The notes under the pieces: generated by a model
The model's input: only the letters and a program-made list of their open reading frames with translations
The model's database searches: none
Told to the model about the DNA's origin: nothing
Translations under genes and position numbers: made by a program
In this document: one piece after another, positions 40,408-49,717 of the stretch
Layout of the letters: each line of letters opens with the position of its first letter
How positions within the stretch are numbered: position 1 is the first letter of the stretch
Virus record (IMG/VR): IMGVR_UViG_3300044730_002040
Location: 11,795 to 75,794 of that record
Strand: one strand, 5' to 3'
DNA: 64,000 nucleotides
Source of the DNA: a virus
Lineage: Duplodnaviria; Caudoviricetes

Positions 40408-42507
40408 ATGCAAGCGACGAATTCTTCCATAGACATTACTAGTTCCAGTCAACAGATTAGTGGTAACATTAGTGCTACTAAACGTTACAAGGAAACGTTA
40501 GACGCAGAAAGAACTATTAGACGTGAGTTAAAAAACTCTACCGCTAAGTCAGTTGAGCAAACCGCTAATCAACTTAACAAAATTTCACAACAACAGAAGA
40601 GGTTTCAAAGAAACACACCAACATCCTCGGACCAATTGATTAATTTCATAGGTCTCACAAAAGGTACAGGAAGCACTGAAATGAAAGCTATTAGAAACCT
40701 ATTATTACGTGCTGCAAGAAAATCGGAACAAGAAATACAAAATATCTTACAGGAAGAGGTAATAAAATCTTTAGGTTGCAGTCAGGAACAAACATACAAA
40801 GGGGTAAGTCCTACCGCCGCAGCCGACATGGATTTATTACCGGTCTCAGAAGCAATATATGTACCTCTACAATCATTAGATTTAATTACTTTGGCAAGCG
40901 GTCTTTTGAAAGAGGATTTCACCTCAACTGTTGGAAGAATTTTATATGAACCGACTGGTGCTACACCGAACAACATTACTGAATTCCGAAATTATGGTGG
41001 AGAGGTTCCTTTTCCAATGAATCGTACACTATATGAACTAACTCAGACTCAAAACGCATTTAATCAAACTTACAATGTTTTTTTTAGCGGTAGGAGTGGA
41101 CAGAATTTATTCAACATAAAATATACAACAGTCAACGAGTTTGGGATTACGGGTAATTATTACAAAATCGCACTAATTAATCGTACAGGTAATGAAACAG
41201 GTGTTGTCACCGCTTTCACAGAGAACAAAATCGGACAATGGATAGCCGATTATTATAGTTCAATTAAATTGTTCGATTCCGCGGACTTAGTCGCTCAAAT
41301 TTTACAATTTATATCTCAGTTCATGAACATACAACTACCAGCACCTGCTGGTCCAATTTCCGACCAATCAAAGTTTTATAAAATTTTACAAAGAATTTTA
41401 GGTTTATGTTTTGACCAAAAAACTGAAATAGATGTGAGTGGAATATCAAAAATAGCAGAGCTGGACGGTATAGACGATTCTTTTTTTGAGTTCACAGAAG
41501 TTGATTTGAGAAATATTGACCTCAACGTATCAAACGTTCAAAACGGTGTAATTGAACTTGTTGATTGTGATAATGTGAAAGTTCCTGTGGATGCTCAAAA
41601 CCTTTCCGACCAATTGATAGAATTCAAAAGTCAATTAGACAACTTGACGGAGGAAGAACAAATTGCTAGAATGGAAACCATAATTGATAGTTTATCACAA
41701 AATCCAAATTGGAAGATATACATTCCGGCAGGATTTAACGCTGAGGCAAAATTTAGCGAAGACATCATAAGAGATATTGCCTTAGGTGTTGCTAGTGCGG
41801 TTCTAAGTCCCAAAGTATTATTACCAATTTTCATAATGTTGAAAGTTGTAGAAAACTCTTATAATCTATCTTACAACCAAACTATTACGACGGCAACCAC
41901 AATAAATCAATTGAATATTCAAGCATCAAACATTATTACCAACTCTGTTGAATTCATAAAAAAGTTCAAAAAATTCATGGTTCAAGTGGTCAGCAGAATT
42001 GGTGCAATTTTCATCGAAGCCTTGTTTGATATATTGAAAAAAGAATTACTGAATATCATCACAACTTTAGTTTTAGACATATTAAAAGAACAGCGTAAGA
42101 AGGGTTACAAACAAGCTTTAAGATTGATTGGTATTGCAGCCAACGTTGTGAAAGGCGTCTTTGATTACAGAAAATGTCAATCATTGATGGACGAAATAAA
42201 AAATATTCTTAATTTGATTCAAGCACCAGGAGGACCAGCTCCACATAAAAGAAAAAAAATAAATTTAGCTTTAGCAATTCTCTCTGATTTTTTACCAGGG
42301 GAATCCCCTCAGAGAGCATTTCTGAATACTATCAAATATTTAGAAGAGGCCGGACTTCCCACACAAGTATTACCTAACGGACAACCAAATTTGATGCTCA
42401 TTTACAACTTAGCAACTCATCGAGGAAGAAGTGATGAACAAGCAGAAAATGGTGTAAACGATTGTTTTGTTCCAGGTGGACCACCTTGTTTCAGTTTACC
42501 AAGATAA
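40408..42507 (+). CDS. hypothetical protein, probably structural
   Basis: 699-aa ORF in the late operon upstream of the gp5-like gene. Confidence 0.55.
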   Translation: MQATNSSIDITSSSQQISGNISATKRYKETLDAERTIRRELKNSTAKSVEQTANQLNKISQQQKRFQRNTPTSSDQLINFIGLTKGTGSTEMKAIRNLLLRAARKSEQEIQNILQEEVIKSLGCSQEQTYKGVSPTAAADMDLLPVSEAIYVPLQSLDLITLASGLLKEDFTSTVGRILYEPTGATPNNITEFRNYGGEVPFPMNRTLYELTQTQNAFNQTYNVFFSGRSGQNLFNIKYTTVNEFGITGNYYKIALINRTGNETGVVTAFTENKIGQWIADYYSSIKLFDSADLVAQILQFISQFMNIQLPAPAGPISDQSKFYKILQRILGLCFDQKTEIDVSGISKIAELDGIDDSFFEFTEVDLRNIDLNVSNVQNGVIELVDCDNVKVPVDAQNLSDQLIEFKSQLDNLTEEEQIARMETIIDSLSQNPNWKIYIPAGFNAEAKFSEDIIRDIALGVASAVLSPKVLLPIFIMLKVVENSYNLSYNQTITTATTINQLNIQASNIITNSVEFIKKFKKFMVQVVSRIGAIFIEALFDILKKELLNIITTLVLDILKEQRKKGYKQALRLIGIAANVVKGVFDYRKCQSLMDEIKNILNLIQAPGGPAPHKRKKINLALAILSDFLPGESPQRAFLNTIKYLEEAGLPTQVLPNGQPNLMLIYNLATHRGRSDEQAENGVNDCFVPGGPPCFSLPR

Positions 42508-42510
42508 CAA

Positions 42511-42720
42511 ATGGAAAAAAATGAATACGATATAATCTTTGGGCAATTGTCGAATATAAAAAATATTCCGAACGGCAAACTTGTTGATTGGATGGATAAG
42601 TTGTCCACAGATTTTGAAGCCAAAAAGGGACAGATTATAAATTTGACTTTGGAATTAGACAATGTAGAATTGTTGTATAATTCGATACTCAAAGAGTACC
42701 AAAATAGAAACAACAAATGA
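42511..42720 (+). CDS. small hypothetical protein
   Basis: 69-aa ORF; ATGA overlap with the next gene. Confidence 0.55.
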   Translation: MEKNEYDIIFGQLSNIKNIPNGKLVDWMDKLSTDFEAKKGQIINLTLELDNVELLYNSILKEYQNRNNK

Positions 42721-44249
42721 CACCAATATTTTACCAATGTACTGTCTTGAACAATCAGGACCCTTTGATGCTCGGAAGGGTTAGAGCAAGAATTAATATT
42801 ATTAATTACCCCGATGTCTTAAAATCTGTTACATCACCCGATTGGAATGAGGAAAAGGATATTTGGACTGAAAGAGACCCTTTGATTTTTTACCCCCTAT
42901 TACCTTACTTCATTTATCAGGTTCCGAATGTAGGTGAACTTATTCAAGTTATTTTTGTAAATTCAGATTTCAAATACCAAAATCAATATTACGTACAAAG
43001 TAACTTTTTTTCCGTAAACTCAGCATTTAATACCAACAATAGTGGAGGTGCGAAATTTACTGGAACGGGAATGCAGTTCAAAGCACCAAAAAACATAAAA
43101 AACCAAAATGGTACTTGGCCAGCTAAAAGTTTTCTAAAAGGAATTTATCCTGAACCTGGTGACAATGCTTTGTTGGGTAGAGGAAGCACTGACGTTGTCG
43201 TAAAAGAAACTGATGTACTTTTACGTGCTGGAAAGTATAGTGCAACACCACAATCAAATTTAGAAACACCACCAAATGACAATAGGTCTTTCATACAACT
43301 CTCTATTTTTGATAAAACAAAAGTTTCAGAAAATTTTACAAAACAAATTGTTTCAAAACCCATTACTTTACCTGTCAGACATCTTATTGAATGGGTTATT
43401 CTTAATCCCGAAAATACTGTTGATAGATTTACTGGAGCAATATTTTTATATTCATTAAAAAGTGCCGTAGAAACAAACACAAATAACATTCAAGTTTCTA
43501 CCGAAATCCCTGAGGTAAATAAATTTTTGATTTATAAACAAGATTTCCAAGCTCTACCATTTCAAAGTGCTGTAGATTTGATTAATAACTTTATCAAAAC
43601 CTGTAATAGTAAAAATGTCTTGAGTGACGGGACAAAAATTTTTTCTGACAATCAAAACAAATTTCCAATCTATTTTAGACCAGGCAAGTTTACATATGAT
43701 TTACTCACTGACGCAAGTCCCGCAACTCCAATACAACAAATAATGAAAGATAATTTGACTTTGTTCAATAACAGAATCAAATTATTGCCTTCAGATGAAA
43801 CTGCATCATCCGATAGTCAGTTTGGGTTGATATGGAAAAAAGACACTGTTGGGTTACCAACTCAAACAGAAATTAAATCCATTACCTCGGAGGTTTTTGA
43901 ACCCAAACCAAAAACATATTCTGTGATGGGTGGACAAGAAATTTATCTTTTAAGTCAAGATTCTTCAATCGAAGGCAAAGGAAAAATAAATTTCGCGAAT
44001 TCCATTTACGGTCTACCATTGAGTGCATTCACCGGCGAAATCAGAGCTAAAACTTCTTCGTTAGTAAGAGGTGAAGAATTACTTGAACTTTTAAACTTGA
44101 TTGTAAGATTTCTTCTTACACATACACACGCCTACCCAGGTTTATCCCCTGTTGATGAAACGGAAGATGGTGCCAAGTCTAAAGATATTCAAACCCAAAT
44201 GCGGAATGCTGTGAATAAAATATTAAACAGTAATATTAGACTTAATTGA
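42717..44249 (+). CDS. gp5/VgrG-like baseplate hub/spike protein (N-terminal OB fold)
   Basis: VLNNQDPLMLGRVRARI...PLLP...PNVGE.IQV and C-terminal VRGEEL...HTH; no lysozyme domain evident. Confidence 0.65.
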   Translation: MTPIFYQCTVLNNQDPLMLGRVRARINIINYPDVLKSVTSPDWNEEKDIWTERDPLIFYPLLPYFIYQVPNVGELIQVIFVNSDFKYQNQYYVQSNFFSVNSAFNTNNSGGAKFTGTGMQFKAPKNIKNQNGTWPAKSFLKGIYPEPGDNALLGRGSTDVVVKETDVLLRAGKYSATPQSNLETPPNDNRSFIQLSIFDKTKVSENFTKQIVSKPITLPVRHLIEWVILNPENTVDRFTGAIFLYSLKSAVETNTNNIQVSTEIPEVNKFLIYKQDFQALPFQSAVDLINNFIKTCNSKNVLSDGTKIFSDNQNKFPIYFRPGKFTYDLLTDASPATPIQQIMKDNLTLFNNRIKLLPSDETASSDSQFGLIWKKDTVGLPTQTEIKSITSEVFEPKPKTYSVMGGQEIYLLSQDSSIEGKGKINFANSIYGLPLSAFTGEIRAKTSSLVRGEELLELLNLIVRFLLTHTHAYPGLSPVDETEDGAKSKDIQTQMRNAVNKILNSNIRLN

Positions 44250-44256
44250 TATTTAT
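44250..44256 (+). promoter_or_regulatory. candidate late promoter TATTTAT
   Basis: upstream of 44269. Confidence 0.6.
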
Positions 44257-44268
44257 TAAAAAAGTCTA

Positions 44269-45777
44269 ATGTCAGTTTTAAGGTCATACGTAGATAAAAA
44301 TAACACCATAGTTTCAAATTCTTTAGTAAACACAGGTAGAAACCCTGTGATGGAATTGAATTTTGGTGCTTCCTACATTGCCGTACCTAATTTCGGGTTT
44401 TCCCGTATATTATTTGACCTTGATTTAGATTTATTAATCGAAAACATAGAAAGTGGTATAATTTCAACAGGTTGTACATCTGCTATGACCCACACATTGA
44501 AAATGACAAACACTTCTTCTTTCGATAACGAATTACTGAACACCTTCATGTCTAACGACAGGAGAAGAGCAAGCTCGTTTGACTTGATTTTATTTAGAAT
44601 TCCAAAAACGTCGGGAACTACAGGAAATACTCAAACTTGGGATGAAGGTGTTGGATATGACTACAACGACTTCAACTTAGCGAGAAATTCTTCAGTTGGT
44701 GGTTCAAACCCACTAACTTACGTGGACCCTAGAGCCTATTCAACAAGACCATCAAATTGGTTTCAAACTCAGACTGTATCCAATTGGTCAGAACCTGGTG
44801 TATACAATAATAAGAACCAAGGTTTGGTTAATTTCACAGGGTTGACCATAATAGCCACCCAACATTTTGAGTTCGGTAATGAGGATATAAACATGGATAT
44901 GAGCAACGAGATAAATTCCATTCTTAACGGAACACTAACGGGTGTAACAGGTTGGGGTATTGCTTATCTTCCATCTATAGAAAACATATCAGGTCTTACG
45001 GATAGTTACAGCGTTGCCTTCTTTTCAAGACATACACAAACTTTTTATCAACCGTTCCTTCTTACAACTTATGACGATTTAATTCAAGATGATAGAAATA
45101 GATTTTTGAAAAACCAAGTTAACAAACTTTACCTGTACATATATCAGAATGGAGATGCGGTTAATTTAGACGAATTACCTTTAGTTACAATCCAACAAAG
45201 AGATGGAACAGTTTACAATAACTTGTCAGGTTTAACAACTTGCTTGAGAACGAGAGGGGTCTATGAGTGTATTATACCGAACTCATTCACGGGCTCACCT
45301 ACACCATGTATGTTTTACGATGTTTGGTCAAATTTGAAAATAAACGGACAATCCTTGGGAAACGTCAAAAATCAATTTGTTCTTCAAGAATACTCTGCGG
45401 GGATACAGATTGGTGTTAGTAGTCATGAGCCTGAAAAATTTGGTTTTGATATCTATGGTATTTTACAAAATGAAAATATTATAAACTCAGACATAAGAAA
45501 AGTTGGAGTTACAATCAAGAAAGCATATACAGGACAACAACCTTTAGACGGTGTTACAGCTTTCTACCGAGTTTATGTTAAAGAGGGTACAACTGAAGTC
45601 CAAGTGCAAGATTGGACACCAATCAATAGAACACCTAATGAATACTATTTTATGATTGATATGAGAGATAAAATTCCAAATCAATATTATGTAGACATTC
45701 AAGTGAATACTTCAGGAGAGAAAGATACTTATAAAAGACAATTAACCTTTAATGTAGTAAATGAAAAAGATAGTTAA
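44269..45777 (+). CDS. putative virion structural protein
   Basis: beta-rich; SRILFDL, WDEGVG, FFSRHTQTFYQP; late motif upstream. Confidence 0.6.
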   Translation: MSVLRSYVDKNNTIVSNSLVNTGRNPVMELNFGASYIAVPNFGFSRILFDLDLDLLIENIESGIISTGCTSAMTHTLKMTNTSSFDNELLNTFMSNDRRRASSFDLILFRIPKTSGTTGNTQTWDEGVGYDYNDFNLARNSSVGGSNPLTYVDPRAYSTRPSNWFQTQTVSNWSEPGVYNNKNQGLVNFTGLTIIATQHFEFGNEDINMDMSNEINSILNGTLTGVTGWGIAYLPSIENISGLTDSYSVAFFSRHTQTFYQPFLLTTYDDLIQDDRNRFLKNQVNKLYLYIYQNGDAVNLDELPLVTIQQRDGTVYNNLSGLTTCLRTRGVYECIIPNSFTGSPTPCMFYDVWSNLKINGQSLGNVKNQFVLQEYSAGIQIGVSSHEPEKFGFDIYGILQNENIINSDIRKVGVTIKKAYTGQQPLDGVTAFYRVYVKEGTTEVQVQDWTPINRTPNEYYFMIDMRDKIPNQYYVDIQVNTSGEKDTYKRQLTFNVVNEKDS

Positions 45778-46231
45778 ATTAACAGAAAGTGATATTTCAA
45801 GACTTGTGAATAAAGTTTTGAAGGAGCAAGAATCTCCCAATTATATGTTCTTCAGTAATTTAGAACAATTAATCCGTCAAGCTAATTTACTTTTGGAATT
45901 AAATCCTGAAGTTATAGATGACATTCTATTGAATGGTCATGATTGGGCTGCCGACCACATCACTGTGGCAAAAGAAAACTTAGACCAAGTTTTTGATTTC
46001 ATGATGAATGAGATTAAAGGCAAAGAACATGAAGAGGATAATGAAATGATGGACATGACAGAGGGGAGAAAAAAAACAGGAACCAAACTTTGTTCTAGAG
46101 GTAAAGCCGCAGCAAAAGCTAAATTCAAAGTTTATCCCTCGGCATATAGTTCGGGTTACGGAGTTCAAGTGTGTAAAGGTCGTATGCCAGGTTTAGATGG
46201 AAAAAAACATTGCTCAGGTTCCTATTGTTAA
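45761..46231 (+). CDS. hypothetical protein with N-terminal LTESD tag and C-terminal PSAY motif
   Basis: MKKIVKLTESDISRLVNKVLKEQ; HDWAADHI; CSRGKAAAKAKFKVYPSAY. Confidence 0.65.
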   Translation: MKKIVKLTESDISRLVNKVLKEQESPNYMFFSNLEQLIRQANLLLELNPEVIDDILLNGHDWAADHITVAKENLDQVFDFMMNEIKGKEHEEDNEMMDMTEGRKKTGTKLCSRGKAAAKAKFKVYPSAYSSGYGVQVCKGRMPGLDGKKHCSGSYC

Positions 46232-46259
46232 TTGATTTTTTTTCATTTATTTTTGTAGA

Positions 46260-46673
46260 ATGGAAAGAAATATCACAGGTTACATCCCTCGTATATTATT
46301 CAGGATATACCTCACACTCAAAGAAAAATTCGACCCAAGACCTCCAATCGCAGCAGAGGAACAATTCTCAATTGACATATGTTCCAAATTGATTTCCAAA
46401 AAAGACTCAGAACTTCATTACGCTCCGAAATCAAATAAAAGGTTTATTAGGAATGACGAATTTGACATTTTTATTGTCATAACAAGCAGAACTATACAAA
46501 TTACCAACCATGATTACAGTCATAGTGTATATATCGAAAATAATGACTTGTATGGTGAACTTTTAGAAAATTTTGACTCCGAAATAGAGCAAAGAAAAGA
46601 GGAACTTGAAATGGAGATTTCAAATAACATTCAACATTCCCTAAAAAATATTCTTCAAAAGGTCAATCAATAA
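46260..46673 (+). CDS. hypothetical protein
   Basis: 137-aa ORF; convergent overlap with the 46667 gene. Confidence 0.6.
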   Translation: MERNITGYIPRILFRIYLTLKEKFDPRPPIAAEEQFSIDICSKLISKKDSELHYAPKSNKRFIRNDEFDIFIVITSRTIQITNHDYSHSVYIENNDLYGELLENFDSEIEQRKEELEMEISNNIQHSLKNILQKVNQ

Positions 46674-47542
46674 TTTCCTGAAAAATATACATACAATACT
46701 TCAGGAATTTTGAAACACGTTCTTTTTTCACCATTGTCGTTTACACAAGGGATTGGTTTCAATTGAGAAACTATTCTTTTTAACTCGACAGGAGCTTTAG
46801 ATACTGCTGAATAAACCGATTCGACAGGATATAGTTTTTTTGGTTCGTAAATTTCTTTCAAAACTTTTTTTACCAAGGAATTGATAGATTCTTTTCTTGT
46901 TTTGTATGAGACCATAGTTGGTTTGTTTCCTGTTCCAATTTTAGGGTTTTTTTTCTCTTCTCTCCTTTTTTGTTGACAAGCGGCTCTTTTTTGAGATTCG
47001 GACATTTTAGAGGCGACGTGAACGGCTCTACACTTAGGATATGATTTTGTTTTAGCTTCAGGTCTACCACAAGGTGGATGTTTTCCATTAACTTTACTAC
47101 AGATGTTCACCCAAGGTCCCTTAGGTTCTTTACTTCCTTTAGGTTTTTTCTTTGTACCGAACCAAACAGCTAAATCTTCATCCAAAACCTTTTCTTCTTT
47201 AAGGGGTCCTACAGCCTTTTTAATGACATCCTCAGGGTTCTCTATATCAGCAATGTTACTTCCACCCTCATCACTTTGTCCTGTGTAAAATTGTTTCAAA
47301 TATTCATCAACCTTTGATATTTTCTTTGTTCTTCTTTCAATCTTTTCTCTTTCTTCAGGAGACTGTTTGAAATCACCATCTGCTTCCTCATAAGCAAGTT
47401 CTGCGTTTGTATAACTGTATACAGGTTCAATGAAAGGACCAAGTTCATCATTTGTCCACGGTTGTGGTGATAGAACAATTGGAACTTTAAATTTCCCACT
47501 ACTTGCAGCAGTCGTGGCTTCTTTAATATTGAATTTTTTCAT
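46667..47542 (-). CDS. hypothetical protein with basic Cys-containing domain
   Basis: LAVWF...WVNIC...CGR...YPKCR; late motif upstream. Confidence 0.65.
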   Translation of the reverse strand: MKKFNIKEATTAASSGKFKVPIVLSPQPWTNDELGPFIEPVYSYTNAELAYEEADGDFKQSPEEREKIERRTKKISKVDEYLKQFYTGQSDEGGSNIADIENPEDVIKKAVGPLKEEKVLDEDLAVWFGTKKKPKGSKEPKGPWVNICSKVNGKHPPCGRPEAKTKSYPKCRAVHVASKMSESQKRAACQQKRREEKKNPKIGTGNKPTMVSYKTRKESINSLVKKVLKEIYEPKKLYPVESVYSAVSKAPVELKRIVSQLKPIPCVNDNGEKRTCFKIPEVLYVYFSGNY

Positions 47543-47555
47543 ATATTATACTATA

Positions 47556-47562
47556 ATAAATA
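47556..47562 (-). promoter_or_regulatory. candidate late promoter TATTTAT
   Basis: upstream of start 47542. Confidence 0.55.
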
Positions 47563-47568
47563 TTACAA

Positions 47569-47832
47569 ATGATTAATAATTTCAATCAGGAGACGGGAGG
47601 TCAACTTTTCGAGTCTATAAAATTCCAAGACCTCAAAGATGTTAGAAATTTGATAGAGGACTTGAACTTTGAACAATCTCTTTTTTTTCTAAATAAATGT
47701 GTCGATTACTCTTATTCAAAAGGAGTTTTTTCGTTATTGGAAAGTGAAGTAATTTCAAAATCTTTATCAATAATAAATTCTAAGTTTATCAACAATAAAG
47801 ACTTCAACCAACAAGAAACAAATAATATTTAA
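47569..47832 (+). CDS. hypothetical protein
   Basis: 87-aa ORF ending at the bidirectional terminator. Confidence 0.55.
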   Translation: MINNFNQETGGQLFESIKFQDLKDVRNLIEDLNFEQSLFFLNKCVDYSYSKGVFSLLESEVISKSLSIINSKFINNKDFNQQETNNI

Positions 47833-47858
47833 AAAAAAGGGTCCCGAAGGACCCTTTT
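47831..47858. terminator. bidirectional Rho-independent terminator with UUCG tetraloop
   Basis: minus strand AAAAGGGTCC-TTCG-GGACCCTTTTTTTT downstream of the major capsid gene. Confidence 0.9.
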
Positions 47859-47877
47859 ATATTTTGGTTAGACCATA

Positions 47878-49689
47878 TTATCTCAACTCTTTCAAATCGA
47901 ATGTTCTAACTCCATCAACTGTGATTCTACCATAGAAACGGTTGTTAACCATTTTCTTAGCGTATCTAGTCATGATACCCTTGATAGGTGTGAAGTTGAA
48001 TGGGTTATACATTGTTGGAGTAAGTTGTAAAGGTACATATGGTGCGTAGATGTAACCTGTGTCAAGTAAAGATGTACCTTTGTGACCCAACAACACTTGG
48101 TTTGGTGGGAAATAAGGGTCTCTATACACTTGATATCTACCAGCTAAAGTACCAACTCTTTCAATACCCATGTTATATTGGTCTTGCTCAGGAGCTGCAT
48201 TTGAAACGTGGAAATACTCCAAGTCATCAAAAATTGCACTGATTTCAGAAGATACAACAATCCAGTTAGCACCACCTCTTAAAGTAGACTTATGGATTTG
48301 AGCTGAAATTTGGTTGATTGCTGTGATAAGCGTTTGGTTCCAGTCTTTCTGAGTGTAAGGAACTGCGTTAGTACCTAATCTCTTCCAACCGTTGTAATCC
48401 CATCTCAAGTTCCAAGCTGCACCTTTTCTAAGGTCTCTCAAGATTTCTCTATCGATTTCAGCTGCAACTTGCTCAGACAACAAAGCTGTCAATTCAGCTT
48501 CAGCGTCGATGTTGTGGAATGCTGCAACGTCTTGTGCCATTTCTGGTGACCATTGAGCTCTTAATTTTCTTTCAGTTACAGAAACTGTTACTGACATAAG
48601 GTCAAATGAAACCTCACCCATTCTGTCTTCGAATTCCAAATTCTTGTAAATTCTGTATACAGGAGTGAAAGCTTGGTTATTTGCTGTAGTTGAAGAGAAT
48701 GTTGAACCTGTGTAACCATCAATACATCCTGTGCAACTTACACAACATGGAACCTGAAGGTCTACTTCAAGATAGATTTCTCCATCAGGAGTACAAAGGT
48801 CATCATACTGACCACCACCTGTTTTACTGTTAGGGAAAACTGCAGTTGCGTTCGTATTACCATACTGAACGATTCCTTTACCGTATCTCTGAGTTACAAC
48901 TCTGAAAAGGTATGGACCACCAGCTTTTCCTGTACCAGTGTTGAGGTTATTTCCTGTTGCACTACCATAGATAGTCAAATCAGCCAAGAAAGACTCGTTG
49001 TCCATTGGTTGACCATCAGGACCAATTAATTTACCAGCACCATCGCTAGCAAAACCTGACATGATTAACAATACCTTTCTGTAATTGTCTTCACCATAAC
49101 CTGAAACATTTAAGTTCAAAGTTGTGTTGTTCCATACAGCGGTTACTGCAGTACCTGTCACAGCTGAGAATTGACCTTTAGAATAGTCATACAAACCTGG
49201 TGGGTCTAATGCTGGTTCGTTACCTTCATAAAATCTATCATAAAGGTCTCTTCCTGCATTATAATCGTAACCATTGTTTGGGTCTGTTGGACCGTTTGGT
49301 GCTCCTACTGGTGCACGGTGAATACCGTTATCAGCAGTGCTTTCATCAGTATAACTTTGAATGTTAGGTACAAAGTAGAACAATTTACCAATTGGTAAGT
49401 TCATTGCTTGTACTGATACAATATCGTTAGCTAACAATTTAGAGAAAACTCTTCTAACGATAGGGAAAACCACAGTTTCAAACGCACCTGTATCAGATGT
49501 CGTTGCTGCTTCGTTGATTAAGTAACTTGCTTGGTTTTCATAAAGCTGAGCTACGTTTTCTTTCAAGTGACCTTTAAGACCCTCAAGGAATCCTAATTTG
49601 TCCCACTTGCTGATTGTGTCTTCTTTGATAACTTTAAGGTGCTTAAGACCGATGTTACCAACAAGACCTGATTCTAATAATGCTCCCAT
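47878..49689 (-). CDS. gp23: major capsid protein (T4 gp23 family)
   Basis: LYENQ, PIVRRV, VQAM, RKLRAQWSPE.AQD..A.H.IDAEAEL, EIDREI, YAPYVPL, PIKGIMTRY. Confidence 0.96.
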   Translation of the reverse strand: MGALLESGLVGNIGLKHLKVIKEDTISKWDKLGFLEGLKGHLKENVAQLYENQASYLINEAATTSDTGAFETVVFPIVRRVFSKLLANDIVSVQAMNLPIGKLFYFVPNIQSYTDESTADNGIHRAPVGAPNGPTDPNNGYDYNAGRDLYDRFYEGNEPALDPPGLYDYSKGQFSAVTGTAVTAVWNNTTLNLNVSGYGEDNYRKVLLIMSGFASDGAGKLIGPDGQPMDNESFLADLTIYGSATGNNLNTGTGKAGGPYLFRVVTQRYGKGIVQYGNTNATAVFPNSKTGGGQYDDLCTPDGEIYLEVDLQVPCCVSCTGCIDGYTGSTFSSTTANNQAFTPVYRIYKNLEFEDRMGEVSFDLMSVTVSVTERKLRAQWSPEMAQDVAAFHNIDAEAELTALLSEQVAAEIDREILRDLRKGAAWNLRWDYNGWKRLGTNAVPYTQKDWNQTLITAINQISAQIHKSTLRGGANWIVVSSEISAIFDDLEYFHVSNAAPEQDQYNMGIERVGTLAGRYQVYRDPYFPPNQVLLGHKGTSLLDTGYIYAPYVPLQLTPTMYNPFNFTPIKGIMTRYAKKMVNNRFYGRITVDGVRTFDLKELR

Positions 49690-49717
49690 TTTGAGTATTT
49701 TTAGTTTTTGTTTATTT

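Noticed and set aside
46232-46255. Bacteroidota housekeeping promoter (TTG...TAnnTTTG) before 46260
   Set aside because: The -7 box matches, but the TTG spacer is only 13 nt, the box is 4 nt from the ATG, and the region is T-rich; too weak to call.
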